From NCBI RefSeq assembly GCF_006345805.1, contig NC_042997.1, positions 200,942,001-201,006,000 of the forward strand: 64,000 bases of DNA, in the 5' to 3' direction. This document shows positions 1 to 11,849 of this stretch, piece after piece; the stretch's first letter is position 1, and each line of letters starts with the position of its first letter. Made by a program: the position numbers and the translations under genes. The DNA is from Octopus sinensis (Eukaryota). Under the pieces are notes generated by a model. It was not told the DNA's origin and made no database searches. It saw only the letters and a list, made by a program, of their open reading frames with translations.

Positions 1-610
1 GATTTCTTGTCTCTACATATAAATGATCTGAAATAAAAAGGAATAACTTAGACAGTTGCGACTACGAATATTTTTTACTTTGCGTTTGATAAATATATTA
101 GCTTGAGAAAACTAACAATTATAAAGTTAGTATTATATAATCAAAGCGTTCAGGTGTAAAATTGTATTTGAGATGTCAACTAAAGAAGCAAATAGTAGAC
201 CGGATTAGAGGAAGCAGCTGATGTGTTTTACAAAAATTCCACCATTTGTTATAGAATGGCTGATAATAATACTAAGGATGTGACTAATCAGAAGACAAAC
301 ATGCAAAGAAACCATTTGAATTGATGAACACTGGGAAATAATTAAACTGAAAGCAAATTCTAACAGACATTTTAATGAGAAATCATTGATAGAATAAAGG
401 GATAAAATGAGATGAATTACTTTACATATTGGCAATTTGTTGACATTGTTCTAACTATTTCATGTTGTTCAATCAATTTTGTGATGTTGTGACATTCATC
501 CTGTATCAGAACTGAAGGGCAAAATTTAGTTACAAGTGTTACATCTGCATTGTCATTGTCTTATGTCTGACTGCCATAACGGTTTACATTTTAAGTCGCT
601 GTCCTCTTCT

Positions 611-1562
611 GATTTCTTTACTGCCCACAAGGGGCTAAACACAGAGAGGACAAACAAGGACAGACAAATGGATTAAGTCTATTATATCGACCCCAGAGCG
701 TAACAGGTACATATTTAATCGACCCCGAAAGGATGAAAGGCAACATTGACCTTGGCAGAATTTGAACTCAGAACATAGCGGTAGACAAAATACCTATTTC
801 TATACTAATTACAAGGGGCTAAACACAGAGAGGACAAACAAATGCACCAAGTCGATTATATCGACCCCAGTGCATAACTGGTACTTATTTAATCGACCCC
901 AAAAGGATGAAAGGCAAAGTCGGCCTCAGTGGAATTTGAACTCAGAATGTAAACACAGACGAAATACCTATTTCTTTATTACCCACAAGGGGCTACACGT
1001 AGAGGACAAACAAGGACAGACAAACAGATTAAGTTGATTATATCGACTCCAGTGCGTAACTGGTACTTATTTAATCGACCCCGAAAGGATGAAAGGCAAA
1101 GTCGACCTCGACAGAATTTGAACTCAGAACGTAGTGGCAGACAAAATACCTATTTCTTTACTACCCACAAGGGGCTAAACACAGAGAGGACAAACAAGGA
1201 GAGACGAACGGATTAATTCGATTATATCGACCCCAGAGCGTAACTGGTACTTATTTAATCGACCCCCAAAAGGATGAAAGGCAAAGTCGACCTCAGCGGA
1301 ATTTGAACTCAGAACGTAACGGCAGACGAAATACCAATTTCTTTACTACCACAAGGGGCTAAACACAGAGAGGGCAAATGGATTAAGTCGATTATATCGA
1401 CCCCAGTGCGTAACTGGTACTTATTTAATCGACCTTGAAAGAATGAAAGGCAAAGTTGACCCCGAAAGAATGGAAGGCAAAGATGACCTTGGTGGAATTT
1501 GAACTCAGAACGTAGCGGCAGATGAAATACTGCTAAGCATTTCGCCCGGCGTGCTAACTTCA
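611..1562 (-). mobile_element. Head-to-tail pentamer of tRNA-derived SINE family M (~180-bp units)
   Basis: Five repeats of acaaggggctaaac...gacccc(g)aaaggatgaaaggcaaagtcgacctc...gaactcagaac; only the last unit carries part of the SINE head; ctgtcctcttct at 599-610 and 1563-1574 is a TSD. The central gcctttcatcctttcggggtcgataaa...agtacc resembles the Meta/MESC SINE domain (from memory). Confidence 0.85.
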
Positions 1563-1694
1563 CTGTCCTCTTCTATGGGTCAAGGGTCTGATTTGTTTAT
1601 GTGTTTCATTTCTGGGATGGTTTCTGGGGTCGGATGACCTTCCTATACAGTTCTATATTTAAGAGATGAGGAACCACTATGCCATATACCCACA

Positions 1695-2046
1695 GGCATA
1701 TATATGGTTAAGTGGTTAAGAGCATGGGTTACTAACCCCAAGATTCCGAGTTCAATTTCAGGCAGTGACCTGAATAATAATGATAATAATGATAATAATA
1801 ATAACAATAAAATGCCCTAGGTGTATGGAAAACACGGCAAGAAATGGAAGAAAATTTGAAGAAAGAAGGGAACAAAAACAATAATAATAATAATATTAAC
1901 ATCGAAAATACTTTAGGAATGAGAACCCAGTTTTGAAATTTCCCCAAGACACCTGAAGAAGGCTGGAGGATATATCAGCCGAAATGTTGTGTTAATAACA
2001 AAAAAGATGAGGACAAATACCATCAAATGTAAATAATGTAAATAAT
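1695..2046 (+). mobile_element. tRNA-headed SINE family B with (AAT)n middle, hammerhead motif and (TGTAAATAA)n tail
   Basis: A-box-like tggttaagtgg and B-box-like gttcaatttc; homologous to 41525-41676 and 47005-47177. Confidence 0.8.
1948..1993 (+). ncRNA. Minimal type I hammerhead ribozyme-like motif in SINE B
   Basis: gacac CTGAAGA a ggctg-gaggatatat-cagcc GAAA tgtt gtgtt; stem I gacac/gtgtt, stem II ggctg/cagcc. Confidence 0.7.
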
Positions 2047-3186
2047 GGACCTTCCTATATATATGCAATGGCATACATCTGCTCTGGCTGCTCAGAGTAC
2101 AGGTTGGCTTTAATGGTTCAGCATCTGGGATGAACTCATAGTGAATTATCCCTTGATAATTCCAGCAGGTGCAGATTATCCCTTTGTATTTGAAACGTCC
2201 ATGTTTGGCAACAGGTTCTGGAAGCTGACCCTTAGCTTAACCATTGCTTATGCATTTCAGGGTGTATTGAGTGTATTTTATTCATCATCATCATCACTGG
2301 CAACAACCACGCAGTGGGACTGAACCCGGAACCATGTGATCGGTAAGCAAGCTACTTACCACACAGCCACGCCTGAACCTACTTCTATCTCCTCTTTAAT
2401 TTACTTCTTTTTAACATTAAGAGAGAAAAAATAATAATATAGAGTTTTTGAAACAATAAATTTCAGAAATATAAATAGTCTTGTAAGAAAGAAGCAGCCT
2501 AACGACTAAGTAGCTAAGTTGGTAAATATTCTTTGCAGACACCACAAGAGAGGAAAAGGAGACATTAAAACGATGATGATGATATCTATCTTTCTATCTC
2601 TCTATGATAGGGAGAGACGAATGGAAGATTTCGGTTGCAATTTGTAGCAAGTAGAATAGTCGCATAGAGGCTTGTCTTATTGGTTCAAAGGTAATTATTT
2701 TAATACCTGTGGTGAGAGAATTATCTAAACTCTTCTGACTTGCTATTGATTTCTTTTTGATTTATGAGAAAATTGAATGTCATCACTTATATACAGTTTT
2801 AAGCATCAGTTCTATTATAAATGTGAAATAGCTTCAATCAAGAATTTAAGAGACAAAATATTCATGAAAGTATAGTTTTAAAAAAATACTTTTAAGTCAG
2901 GCACAAGTGTGGCTGTGTGGTAAGATGCTTGCTTGCCAACCACATGGTTCCAGGTTCAGTGCCATTATATGGATTTGGTAGATGGAAACTGAAAAGAAGC
3001 CCATTGTATGTATGTATGTAATTCTTCAGTTTTATTCCAAGATTTCTTGCCAATAGAGAAAGAATCAGTTTCTAAACTAAATCTAAGGCTCCTTCATTGG
3101 AATTTCAAAATCAACAACAGAGTATTTTTGCTTGTATGTATATGTGCAGATTTTTATGTTTCGTTTTATGTATGTATACTCAAAAA

Positions 3187-3342
3187 CTACACTCCGGTGT
3201 GGTTGGTGTTAGGAAGGGCATCCAGCTGTAAAAACATTGCCAAATCAGACTGGAACCTAGTGCAGCCTCCAGGCTTGCTAGTCCTCAGTCAAACTGTCCA
3301 AACTATGCCAGCATGGAAAGCGGATGTTAAATGATGATGATT
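3187..3342 (+). mobile_element. 3' tail fragment of RTE-clade LINE
   Basis: ctacactcc...ttaggaagggcatccagctgta...gttaaatgatgatgat, the same tail as 10330-11181. Confidence 0.7.
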
Positions 3343-3345
3343 AAA

Positions 3346-3633
3346 CATGCTCATATATACTTAAATGATAAACTTCTGGAAAGTTTTACAGATTTTTACA
3401 GTTACAGTGATGGACTGGATCTGCAGTCTTCGAATCAGCTTTCTCCTTTCTGTTTTTGAGAAGCCTAATTTCTCAAGATTGGTATTTAGGCAGTATGTTA
3501 CATATCCCAGGGCCCCATTAATTACAGGTATAAACCTGAACTTGTAATCTGGATAGAGTAACTGCAGATTTCTCAATAGTTCAGCATAGGTGTTCTCTTT
3601 TTCACTGATCTTCAGCTTTATGTTAACATCTGG
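3346..3633 (-). mobile_element. 3' fragment of a non-LTR retrotransposon with restriction-like endonuclease (R4/Dong/NeSL-type)
   Basis: ORF 3361-3663 contains EKENTYAELLRNL...FIPVINGALG, matching the RLE C-terminal pattern EKxxKY...PxxxGALG. Confidence 0.7.
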
Positions 3634-3841
3634 TATGTATATGTATGTATGTATGTATATCATTATTCAGTTTATTTCAAGATATTTTGCCACTTGAGAA
3701 AGAACTGATTTCTAACCTAGGTCCAAGCATCCTTCATTGGAATTTCAACATCAACAACAGTATATTTTTGTATTAATGTATGTATGTATATATGCATGTA
3801 TGTATGCATTTATGCATGTATGTATATATGTATATATGTAT

Positions 3842-4660
3842 GGGGAGAATTCACAAAAAAACAAAAGACGAAGATAGGTGGTGTAGACAGGTGGTGTAGA
3901 CAACAAACAGATGCTCGGGAATTGAAAAAATCTTTTGCGTTTCGAACCTACGCTCTTCTACAGAAAGGAACACAGAAAGAAACAAGGAGAGAAAATAGCG
4001 ATCTATCATGGCGAAGACTGGACAGAAGGGTCTCAAAGGAGAGCTAGAGAGAAGGGGAGATAATAAAGTAGAGGTGATCCCAAAATGAAGGTGCGTGTGC
4101 ATGTGTATAAGAGTTTGTTTGTGTGTGCATGTGGAAGAGGGCTGGTGATCTTGACGTGTGCGCGTGTGTATGTGTAGGTGTGAAAATATGGGTCTGGGAA
4201 GTGGTCAATGCTGATCTGTGCCTGGTGGTGTATAGTATATGTGATGTATTGTGTGGTATGGTGGTATAAGGTGTAGTGGTGTGATGGTGTTGGGAGGTGG
4301 GGGATGCGAGAGTGGGGAAAGCAAGGGTGGGGTGTGGGTTAGGCTGAAGGTGGGGGTAGAGGTGGGGTATGTCGGCGTGAGTGTAAGGGATGGGGTGGGG
4401 TGGTTGTGATATGTTGTGTGGTATTGTGGTGTAAGGTGTAGTAGTGTGTGGTGTGGTGTGATGGTGTTGAGAGGTGGGGAGACAAGAGTGGCGAAAGCAT
4501 GGGTGGGATGTGGGTTAGGCTGAGGGTGGAGGTAGAGGTGAGGTATGTGTGTAGGCAGAGGGTGAGGGTAGATGTGGGGTATGTGTGTGTGTGTGTAAGG
4601 GATGGGGTGAGTGGGATGGGGAAGGTGGGGTCGAATGTGTAAGGGTGGGATGTATGTATG
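3842..4660 (-). mobile_element. Family X non-coding PLE-like repeat with HHR-like motif (3932-3967) and GT/G-rich extension
   Basis: Begins ggggagaattcacaaaaaaacaaaagacgaaga next to a TA/TATG microsatellite; homologous to 24700-24820, 30655-30860, 50435-50700 and 63085-63290. Confidence 0.65.
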
Positions 4661-5639
4661 TATGTGCAGATTTGCATGTTTTATGTATGTATTCTCATGC
4701 ATATAATTACATATCTAGGCATGCTCATATATATTTAAATGATAAACTTCTGAAAATGTATGTGTGTGTGTATCTGTGTCTGAGTTCCTCCCATCACCAC
4801 CAACACTGTTTGACAACTGCTGTTGGTTTGGTTATGTCCCTGTAACTTAGCAGCTCAACAAAAGAGACCAACAGAATAAGTACCAGGTTAAAAAAAAAAT
4901 TAAATAAAAGGCACTTGAATTGATTCATTCAACTAAACATTCCTGAAGGTGGTGCCCCAGCATGGCCACAGTCTAATGACAGAAACAAGTAAGATATACA
5001 AGATGAAAGATAAAAGTGAAAGCAACCGGTGTAGGATTTGAACCGGTTACGCAGAAATATGAGGTGATGAAATAAATCAGTATTTCTCTTAACTCTGGTC
5101 AATTAAGAGTTTGATGCCATTTCTTCGTTAGAGGATTTCCTAATTATGAATTAATTCTCAAGATTTTAATGTAAATGATATTGAAAATGACAGAAAAGAG
5201 AGAAGGGTCTTCTTATGGGACTGAACCAATCCATTTATTGCCTGCCTGGACAATTGCGTAACTAATTATTCTGGAGAAGATCTGTATCTTCTGAAATTAG
5301 ATTCTGTAATTTGGTTCTACCATTTAAACTTTATTGTCTCAATATGGTTTGTCACAGACTTAGAACTCTGTTCAATATTATATAAAATAGCAGAGCACTA
5401 AATGACAGAAGAATTACGTTATGAGAGTAAAATGGCAGAGCTTAAATAGTAGATTCAAAATTATGGCATCCAGTTTCAAAGGAGGGCACGATAAGTATTT
5501 CAGTCAGTAATGTGGCTCTTTGTCAAGCAATGGATTCCTGGTTCAAGTAATGCTGGTGGATTTGTTCCGATCTGTTTCTCTTTTCTCAATCAGATCAGTG
5601 CTTATAATATCTAGGCATGATGGATTTTACTTTACTGCT

Positions 5640-6021
5640 CGGTTGGTGGTTTTTACGTGCCACCAACATGGAAGCCAGTCAAGGCGGCGCTGGCATCGGC
5701 CACATATGGCACATAAAAAGCACCATCTGTATGTGGCTGATGCCAGCGCTGCCTTGACTGGCTTCCGTGTTGGTGGCATGTAAAAACCACCAATCGATCG
5801 TGGCCGTTGCCAGCCTCCCCTGGCACCTGTACTGGTGGCACATAAAATGCACCCACTACACTCACGGAGTGGTTGGCGTTAGGAAGGGCATCCAGCTGTA
5901 GAAATACTGCCAGATCTGACTGGAGCCTGGTGCAGCCTCCTGGCTTCCCAGACCCCGGTCGAACCGTCCAACCCATGCTAGCATGGAAAACAGACGTTAA
6001 ACGATGAAGATGATGATGATG
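5640..6021 (+). mobile_element. 5'-truncated RTE 3' end flanked by a ~130-bp direct repeat
   Basis: RTE tail ending in gatgatgat; flanks 5509-5639 and 6025-6183 are homologous. Confidence 0.8.
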
Positions 6022-6348
6022 GTGAATGTGGTTGTTTGTCAAGCAATGGATTCCTGGTTCAGGTAATGCTGGTGGATTTGTTCCTGTCTGCTTCTCTTTT
6101 CTCAATCAGATTGGTGTTTATAATATCTAATGTTTTCCAAAATTCTTGGCACATGATGGCATGATGGATTTTACTTTACTGCTGCATTGCTATGAAAGAA
6201 TAACAATATAAGGAGAAAGAATATAAAGGCTGAAGGGAAGATGACCAGGTAAATACATCTTTGACCTTCTAACATTTAAACTGACCACATCCAGCCAAAT
6301 TATTCGACCTGTTTCATGTTCAGACCACCTATCCTATAATGTCATTCT

Positions 6349-6511
6349 AGGAGTGGCTGTGTGGTAAGTAGCTTGCTTCCCAACCACATGGTTCCGGGTT
6401 CAGTCCCACTGCATGGCACCTTGGGCAAGTGTCTTCTACTATAACCTTGGCCGACCAAAGCCTTGTGAGTGGATTTGGTATATGGAAACTGAAAGAAGCC
6501 TGTCGTGTACT

Positions 6512-6544
<33 letters not shown>

Positions 6545-6735
6545 CTGTCCCCCCAACATCGCTTGACAACCAATGCTGGTGTGTTTATGTCCCCGTAACT
6601 TAGCGGTTCAGCAAAAGAGACCGATAGAATAAGTACTGGGCTTACAAAGAATAAGTCCTGGGGTCGATTTGCTTGACTAAAGGCGGTGCTCCAGCATGGC
6701 CACAGCCAAATGACTGAAACAAGTAAAAGAGTAAA
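6349..6735 (+). mobile_element. SINE family A (dominant SINE: tRNA head, CORE-like gtggcaccttgggcaagtgtctt, internal microsatellite, agtaaaag tail)
   Basis: aggagtggctgtgtggtaagtagc...ggttcagtcccac...gactgaaacaagtaaaagag; more than 20 full or partial copies in the window. Confidence 0.9.
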
Positions 6736-6874
6736 TGAGAGACATCAATGAAATCTCAAAGCTACAAGATGATGCATGATTGATTCAAAACAAGGTGAAT
6801 AAATAAGTATTACGTTTGACAGGGTAATCTGAATGCAAAGTGGTTAAGCGTATTTATTCAAAATTATAAACTCT

Positions 6875-7102
6875 TACTCTCTTTTTACTCTTATTTTACT
6901 TGTTTCAGTCATTTGACTGTGGCCATGCTGGCGTACCACCTTTAGTCAAGAAAAATCGACCCCAGGACTTATTCTTTGTAAGCCTAGTGCTTATTCTATC
7001 AGTCCTTTTGCCGAACTGCTAAGTTACGGTGCGACGTAAACACACCAGCATTGGCTGTCAAGCGATGTTGGGGGGACAAACACAGACACACATACACATA
7101 CA

Positions 7103-7135
<33 letters not shown>

Positions 7136-7343
7136 CACACACACACACACATATATATATTATATATATATACATATATATGACGGGCTTCTTTCAGTTT
7201 CCGTCTACCAAATCCACTCTCAAGGTTTTGGTCAGCCCGAGGCTATAGTAGAAGACACTTGCCCAAGGTGTCATGCAGTGAGACTGAACCCAGAACCATG
7301 TGGTTCGTAAGCAAGCTACTTACCACACAGCCACTCCTACGCC
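6875..7343 (-). mobile_element. SINE family A
   Basis: Reverse complement of 6349-6735. Confidence 0.9.
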
Positions 7344-8284
7344 TATCTGAAAGCGTTTCATATTTTATTTTTACATTTTATTCTTTAATAAAGAGCCCTG
7401 TTCAAGACATCAAAACTCCCATCTTTAACACATTATATTTATATTTGTGGCTTCTATTATTATTCTTTTCCTGATGCCAATTACTACAAGTTTCCTCTGA
7501 CTCTTAAGTTTTATTCATATCCAAACTGTTTGGTTGTTTTTGGCTCAACAATTTCATTTAGCAGACAATACCACACGGTATTTCGTTCTGCACATATACA
7601 GTCACTGTATTATCTCTTTCTTTCTTTCTTTCTTTTTAAATAATTTACACGAATCACCTCTTGTTGATGGTTGATATTAATAAATATTGTGACAGTAATA
7701 AATATTATCTATATGTAAAATACTGTCTAATTTACCAACCAGTTCTGAATTTTGAAACCACATCAGACAAAATATTTCGTTTTCTGTCAGAAAAGCTGAT
7801 TGCCAATTTGTGAAATGTAAAGATTCTCATGATGGAACTGTGTTAAGTCGTTTCATTCTACAAGAATTTTCTCTATGAATGATGGTAACAATAACAAGTT
7901 AATGACTGATAGCTGCCTCCCTGGAGGTTGTCCGATATTTCTCCAAATGTTATAGAAAGTTTGTTTCTCTGCCTCCTTGCTTCCTGTTTCTTCTTTTAGA
8001 AAAAAAAAAAAAAAGATGAAAGAAGAAAAAAAATCAATGCGACTTGTATGAATTATTCTATGTCTTTATTTGTTAAATTTTCCTTTTGGGAAAATTTTTG
8101 TCTGTGTCAAAGCAGAAAGAAATATAACAAATCATTTGTTGGTATGTCATGTTGGAATTGAAATCAGCTTGATAGCTGGACATTCCTCCTGCCTGGGGTG
8201 GGGGTGGGTCGGGGGGTCGGGTGGGGTTGGGGTTGGGGTGGAGAGCAATGAAACTGATACCAGTAATATATGTGATACTGAATG

Positions 8285-8401
8285 GACTGCACAGCTTTAT
8301 CTTACTAGATCAGAGGGTTCCCGCTCAAGCAAATATATAAATAGATTTCTCATTGTCATCATCATCATCATCATCACCATCATAATTCCCACCACTATCG
8401 C

Positions 8402-8442
<41 letters not shown>

Positions 8443-8818
8443 CCATTCACACCACCACTACCACTGCTGTCACAACTACTGCCACCGCCACCACCACAGC
8501 TACTGCAGCCATCATTGTCATCATCATCATCATCATCATCATAATTCCCACCATGGTGATGGTGGGAATTATGATGGTGATGATGATGACAATGACGACA
8601 ACAACAACGACAATGACGACAACAATGATGATGATGATGATAATGATGATGATGATGATGATGATGGCTACGGTGACCGTGGCAATGGTTGTGGAGGTGG
8701 TGATGGTGGTGGTGGGAATTATGATGAAGCTAATGATGATGATGATGATGATGATAAATCTATTATATATATTGCTTGAGTAGGAAGCCCTGATCTAGTA
8801 GGATAAAGCTGTGCAGTC
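8285..8818. repeat. Fold-back with unique outer arms and inner (CAT/CAC)n versus (GAT/GGT)n arms
   Basis: gactgcacagctttatcttactagatcag at 8285 pairs with ctgatctagtaggataaagctgtgcagtc ending 8818; ataattcccacc/ggtgggaattat internally; centre ~8553. Confidence 0.8.
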
Positions 8819-9292
8819 TGTTATAAGAACACAGTGGTCCTCAACTTGTTTCTGCCCCTGGGGACCCCTTTCGTTCCTATTTTATTCAACTGGACCCTCA
8901 TAGCTATTCAATGATGAAAAAAGATCCTATTATATTTTCATAATTAGATATTATTATAGACTATGCTTTTACTTGTTTCAGTCATTTTGACTGTGGCCAG
9001 GTTGGAGCACAGCTTTTTAGTTGAAGAAATCGACCCCTGGACTTATTTTTGTAAGCCTGGTACTTATTCTATCGGTCTCTCTCGCCAAACCACTAAGTTA
9101 TGGGGATGTAAACACACCAGCATCGTTTATCAAGTGATGGTGGGTGGACAAACACAGACACAAGCACACAGGTCTTAGGCCAACTGGTTTGGGGTCTGAC
9201 GATAGGCCTTAAGGTCAAACCTGTTATGGGCAGGAAACCCAGGGTAACCCCATAAACCAGCCTCCACCATTATAATATATACATATATGCTT

Positions 9293-9516
9293 TAACTGGT
9301 TTCAGTCGTTTGACTGTGGCCATGCTGGAGCACCACCTTTAATTAAGTAAATCGACCCCAGGACTTATTCTTTGTAAGCCTAGTACTTATTCCATCAGTC
9401 TCTTGCCAAACCGCTAAGTTACAGGAACGTAAATACACCAGCATCAGTTGGCAAGCGATGTTGGGGGGGGGGGGACAAACAGAGACACACAAACAGATAA
9501 GCACACATGCACATTG

Positions 9517-9571
<55 letters not shown>

Positions 9572-9730
9572 TGGCTTCTTTCAGTTTCTGTCTACCAAAT
9601 CCACTTACAAGGCTTTGGTCAGCCCGATGCTATAGTAGAAGACACTTCCCCAAGGTGCCATGCAGTGGAACTGAACCTGGAACTAAGTGGTTGGGAAGCA
9701 AGCTTCTTACCACACAGCCACTCCCGTGCC
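9293..9730 (-). mobile_element. SINE family A
   Basis: Full-length match to the family consensus on the minus strand. Confidence 0.85.
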
Positions 9731-10329
9731 TGGGATTGTATAAAAAAATTGTTAAAATATTTTGTATAATGTAGAAATATGAGTTTATTACAAATAGATT
9801 TTAACAACAAAATCTCATAATGACCCCTAAGGGTCAATTTGGTCTTAAAGAAATAACTAAGGATGATATTCAGATTCTTTGAGGCATCAAACATTTTGAT
9901 AACGCTGCAGTTACAATGCCTATGATGGACCCTGGTTGAGAATCCCTCGGTTAAACTATGACAGAAGAGAGAAGAGGAGGTTTCTTGTTTTAAAGGGGCT
10001 ACATGGCTGCTCCCATTTAGAAGAAGGGGTGACAATAATGAAGATGAGCTAACTATATAAGTAGACATTCTCATCAAATATAAAATAGTCAATCCCACTG
10101 CGTGGCACCTTGGGCAAGTGTTTAGCCTCCCACAGGAGGCTAAACATAGAGGGGACAAACAATGAAAGACAAAGGGATTAAGTGCATAACTGGTACTTAT
10201 TTAATTGACCCCGAAAGGATGAAAGGCAAAGTCAACCTTGGCAGAATTTGAACTCAGAACGTAATGGCAGATGAAATACTGGTAATCATTTCACATGGTG
10301 TACTAGTGATTCTGCCAGTCCACTGCCCT

Positions 10330-11176
10330 ATGTGTTGCTTATGGATGAGGACAGCTGTGTGAAAAAGTGTTACACTCTAGCAGTTGAGGGAACCTGTGGA
10401 AAAAGTAGACCCAGGAAGACCTGGGATGAGGTGGTGAAGCATGACCTTTGAACATTGGGCCTCACCAAAGCAATGACTAGTGACTGAGACCTTTGGAGAT
10501 ATGCTGTGCTTGAGAAGACCTGACAAGCCAAGTGAGACCATAGCCCATGGCCTATGCCATTGATGTATAACCAGCCCACTTATGAGTACTCTTCATTCAT
10601 TGGACAATAGACTTCATTCATTGGACAATAAACTTTGCTTGCGGAGACCAGTTGAGGCAAATGAAATCAAATCAAAATTGCTAAAGTAGCCAATGACAGT
10701 ACTGCCTGATTGGAACTCATGCCAGTGGAACGTTAAAAGCACCATCTGAGCGTGACCGTTGCCAGGGCCACTGACTGCCCCCCATGCCAGTGGCATGTAA
10801 AAAGCACCGTTTGAGCATGATCGTTGCCAGTGTCAGCGTACTGGTACATGTGCCGGTGGCATGTGAAAAACAACATTCAAGCATGGTTGTTGCCAGTGCC
10901 GCTGGACTAGTTCCCATGCAGGTGGCATGTAAAAAATACCTTTTGAGCATGGTTGTTGCCAGAACTGCCAGAATGGCCCTCGTGCCAGTGGCACATAAAA
11001 GCACCCGCTACACTCTCGGAGTGGTTGGTGTTAGGAAGGGCATCCAGCTGTAGAGACTTTGCCAGATAAGATTGGAGCCTGGTACAGCCTTCTGGCTTGC
11101 CAGTCCACAGTCAAACCATCAAACCTATGCCAGCATGCAAAGCAGACGTTAAATGACGATGATAATGATGATGATG

Positions 11177-11181
<5 letters not shown>
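10330..11181 (+). mobile_element. RTE-clade LINE 3' end (ORF C-terminus, ~52-bp tandem 3'UTR repeats, (GAT)n tail)
   Basis: Translates VLLMDEDSCVKKCYTLAVEGTCGKSRPRKTWDEVVKHDL (RTE GRPRKTW motif). Confidence 0.8.
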
Positions 11182-11219
<38 letters not shown>

Positions 11220-11776
11220 CATACATATAAGAGGGATGACCAGTAAGTGGACAGCCATTATGCTAGAAGATCCACTATGGTCTTACCACTAAGAAAGTAA
11301 TGTTCTCAAGAAAATTTAGCAAACGCCAGAATGTAAGTGAGCAAGACAAATGAAAAGATACAAAATATTGATTAATTACAAATCTGGCTTTGTTGTTATC
11401 GCTTAGTAATCATTTACGTAATTGTCCATAGCTCATCAGTATGATCGTCTTTGCAAATATAATTTGCAGAATTAAGGTCAAACAACTGACAAGCAAATCT
11501 GTAGTATTGAGCAGAATACTTGCTGTAGCTCATCTTTTATACCAAGAGAAAACAATGTACATGATATCACTTCCAATCAGTTAAGATCAGAAGTCATGAC
11601 AGCCACTGCCTAGTACTGCATCCGGGCATTTATGATTATCATTATTATTATTATCATTATTGCCTGTCATTATCTCTTAGTTCTTTTCATATTATTATTA
11701 TTATCATAGACCATTGGTTTTAAATTGATATTAATCAAACTAATATTCAATTTTTCACCCTTATTATTTTAAAATT

Positions 11777-11819
<43 letters not shown>

Positions 11820-11849
11820 AAAATAAGCAACAAGGATATCCAGAGGTAA

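Noticed and set aside
130-440. Coding-looking stretch; also 5000-5500, 20280-20600 and 61960-62570
   Set aside because: Short frames with frequent stops and no recognisable motif.
8070-8783. 237-aa ORF rich in Ile/Thr/Met
   Set aside because: Translation of triplet microsatellites in a fold-back.
10720-11010. ~52-bp spaced repeats resembling a CRISPR array
   Set aside because: Spacers are homologous to each other; this is the RTE 3'UTR tandem repeat (also 54570-54825, 58800-58985); no cas genes, eukaryotic context.
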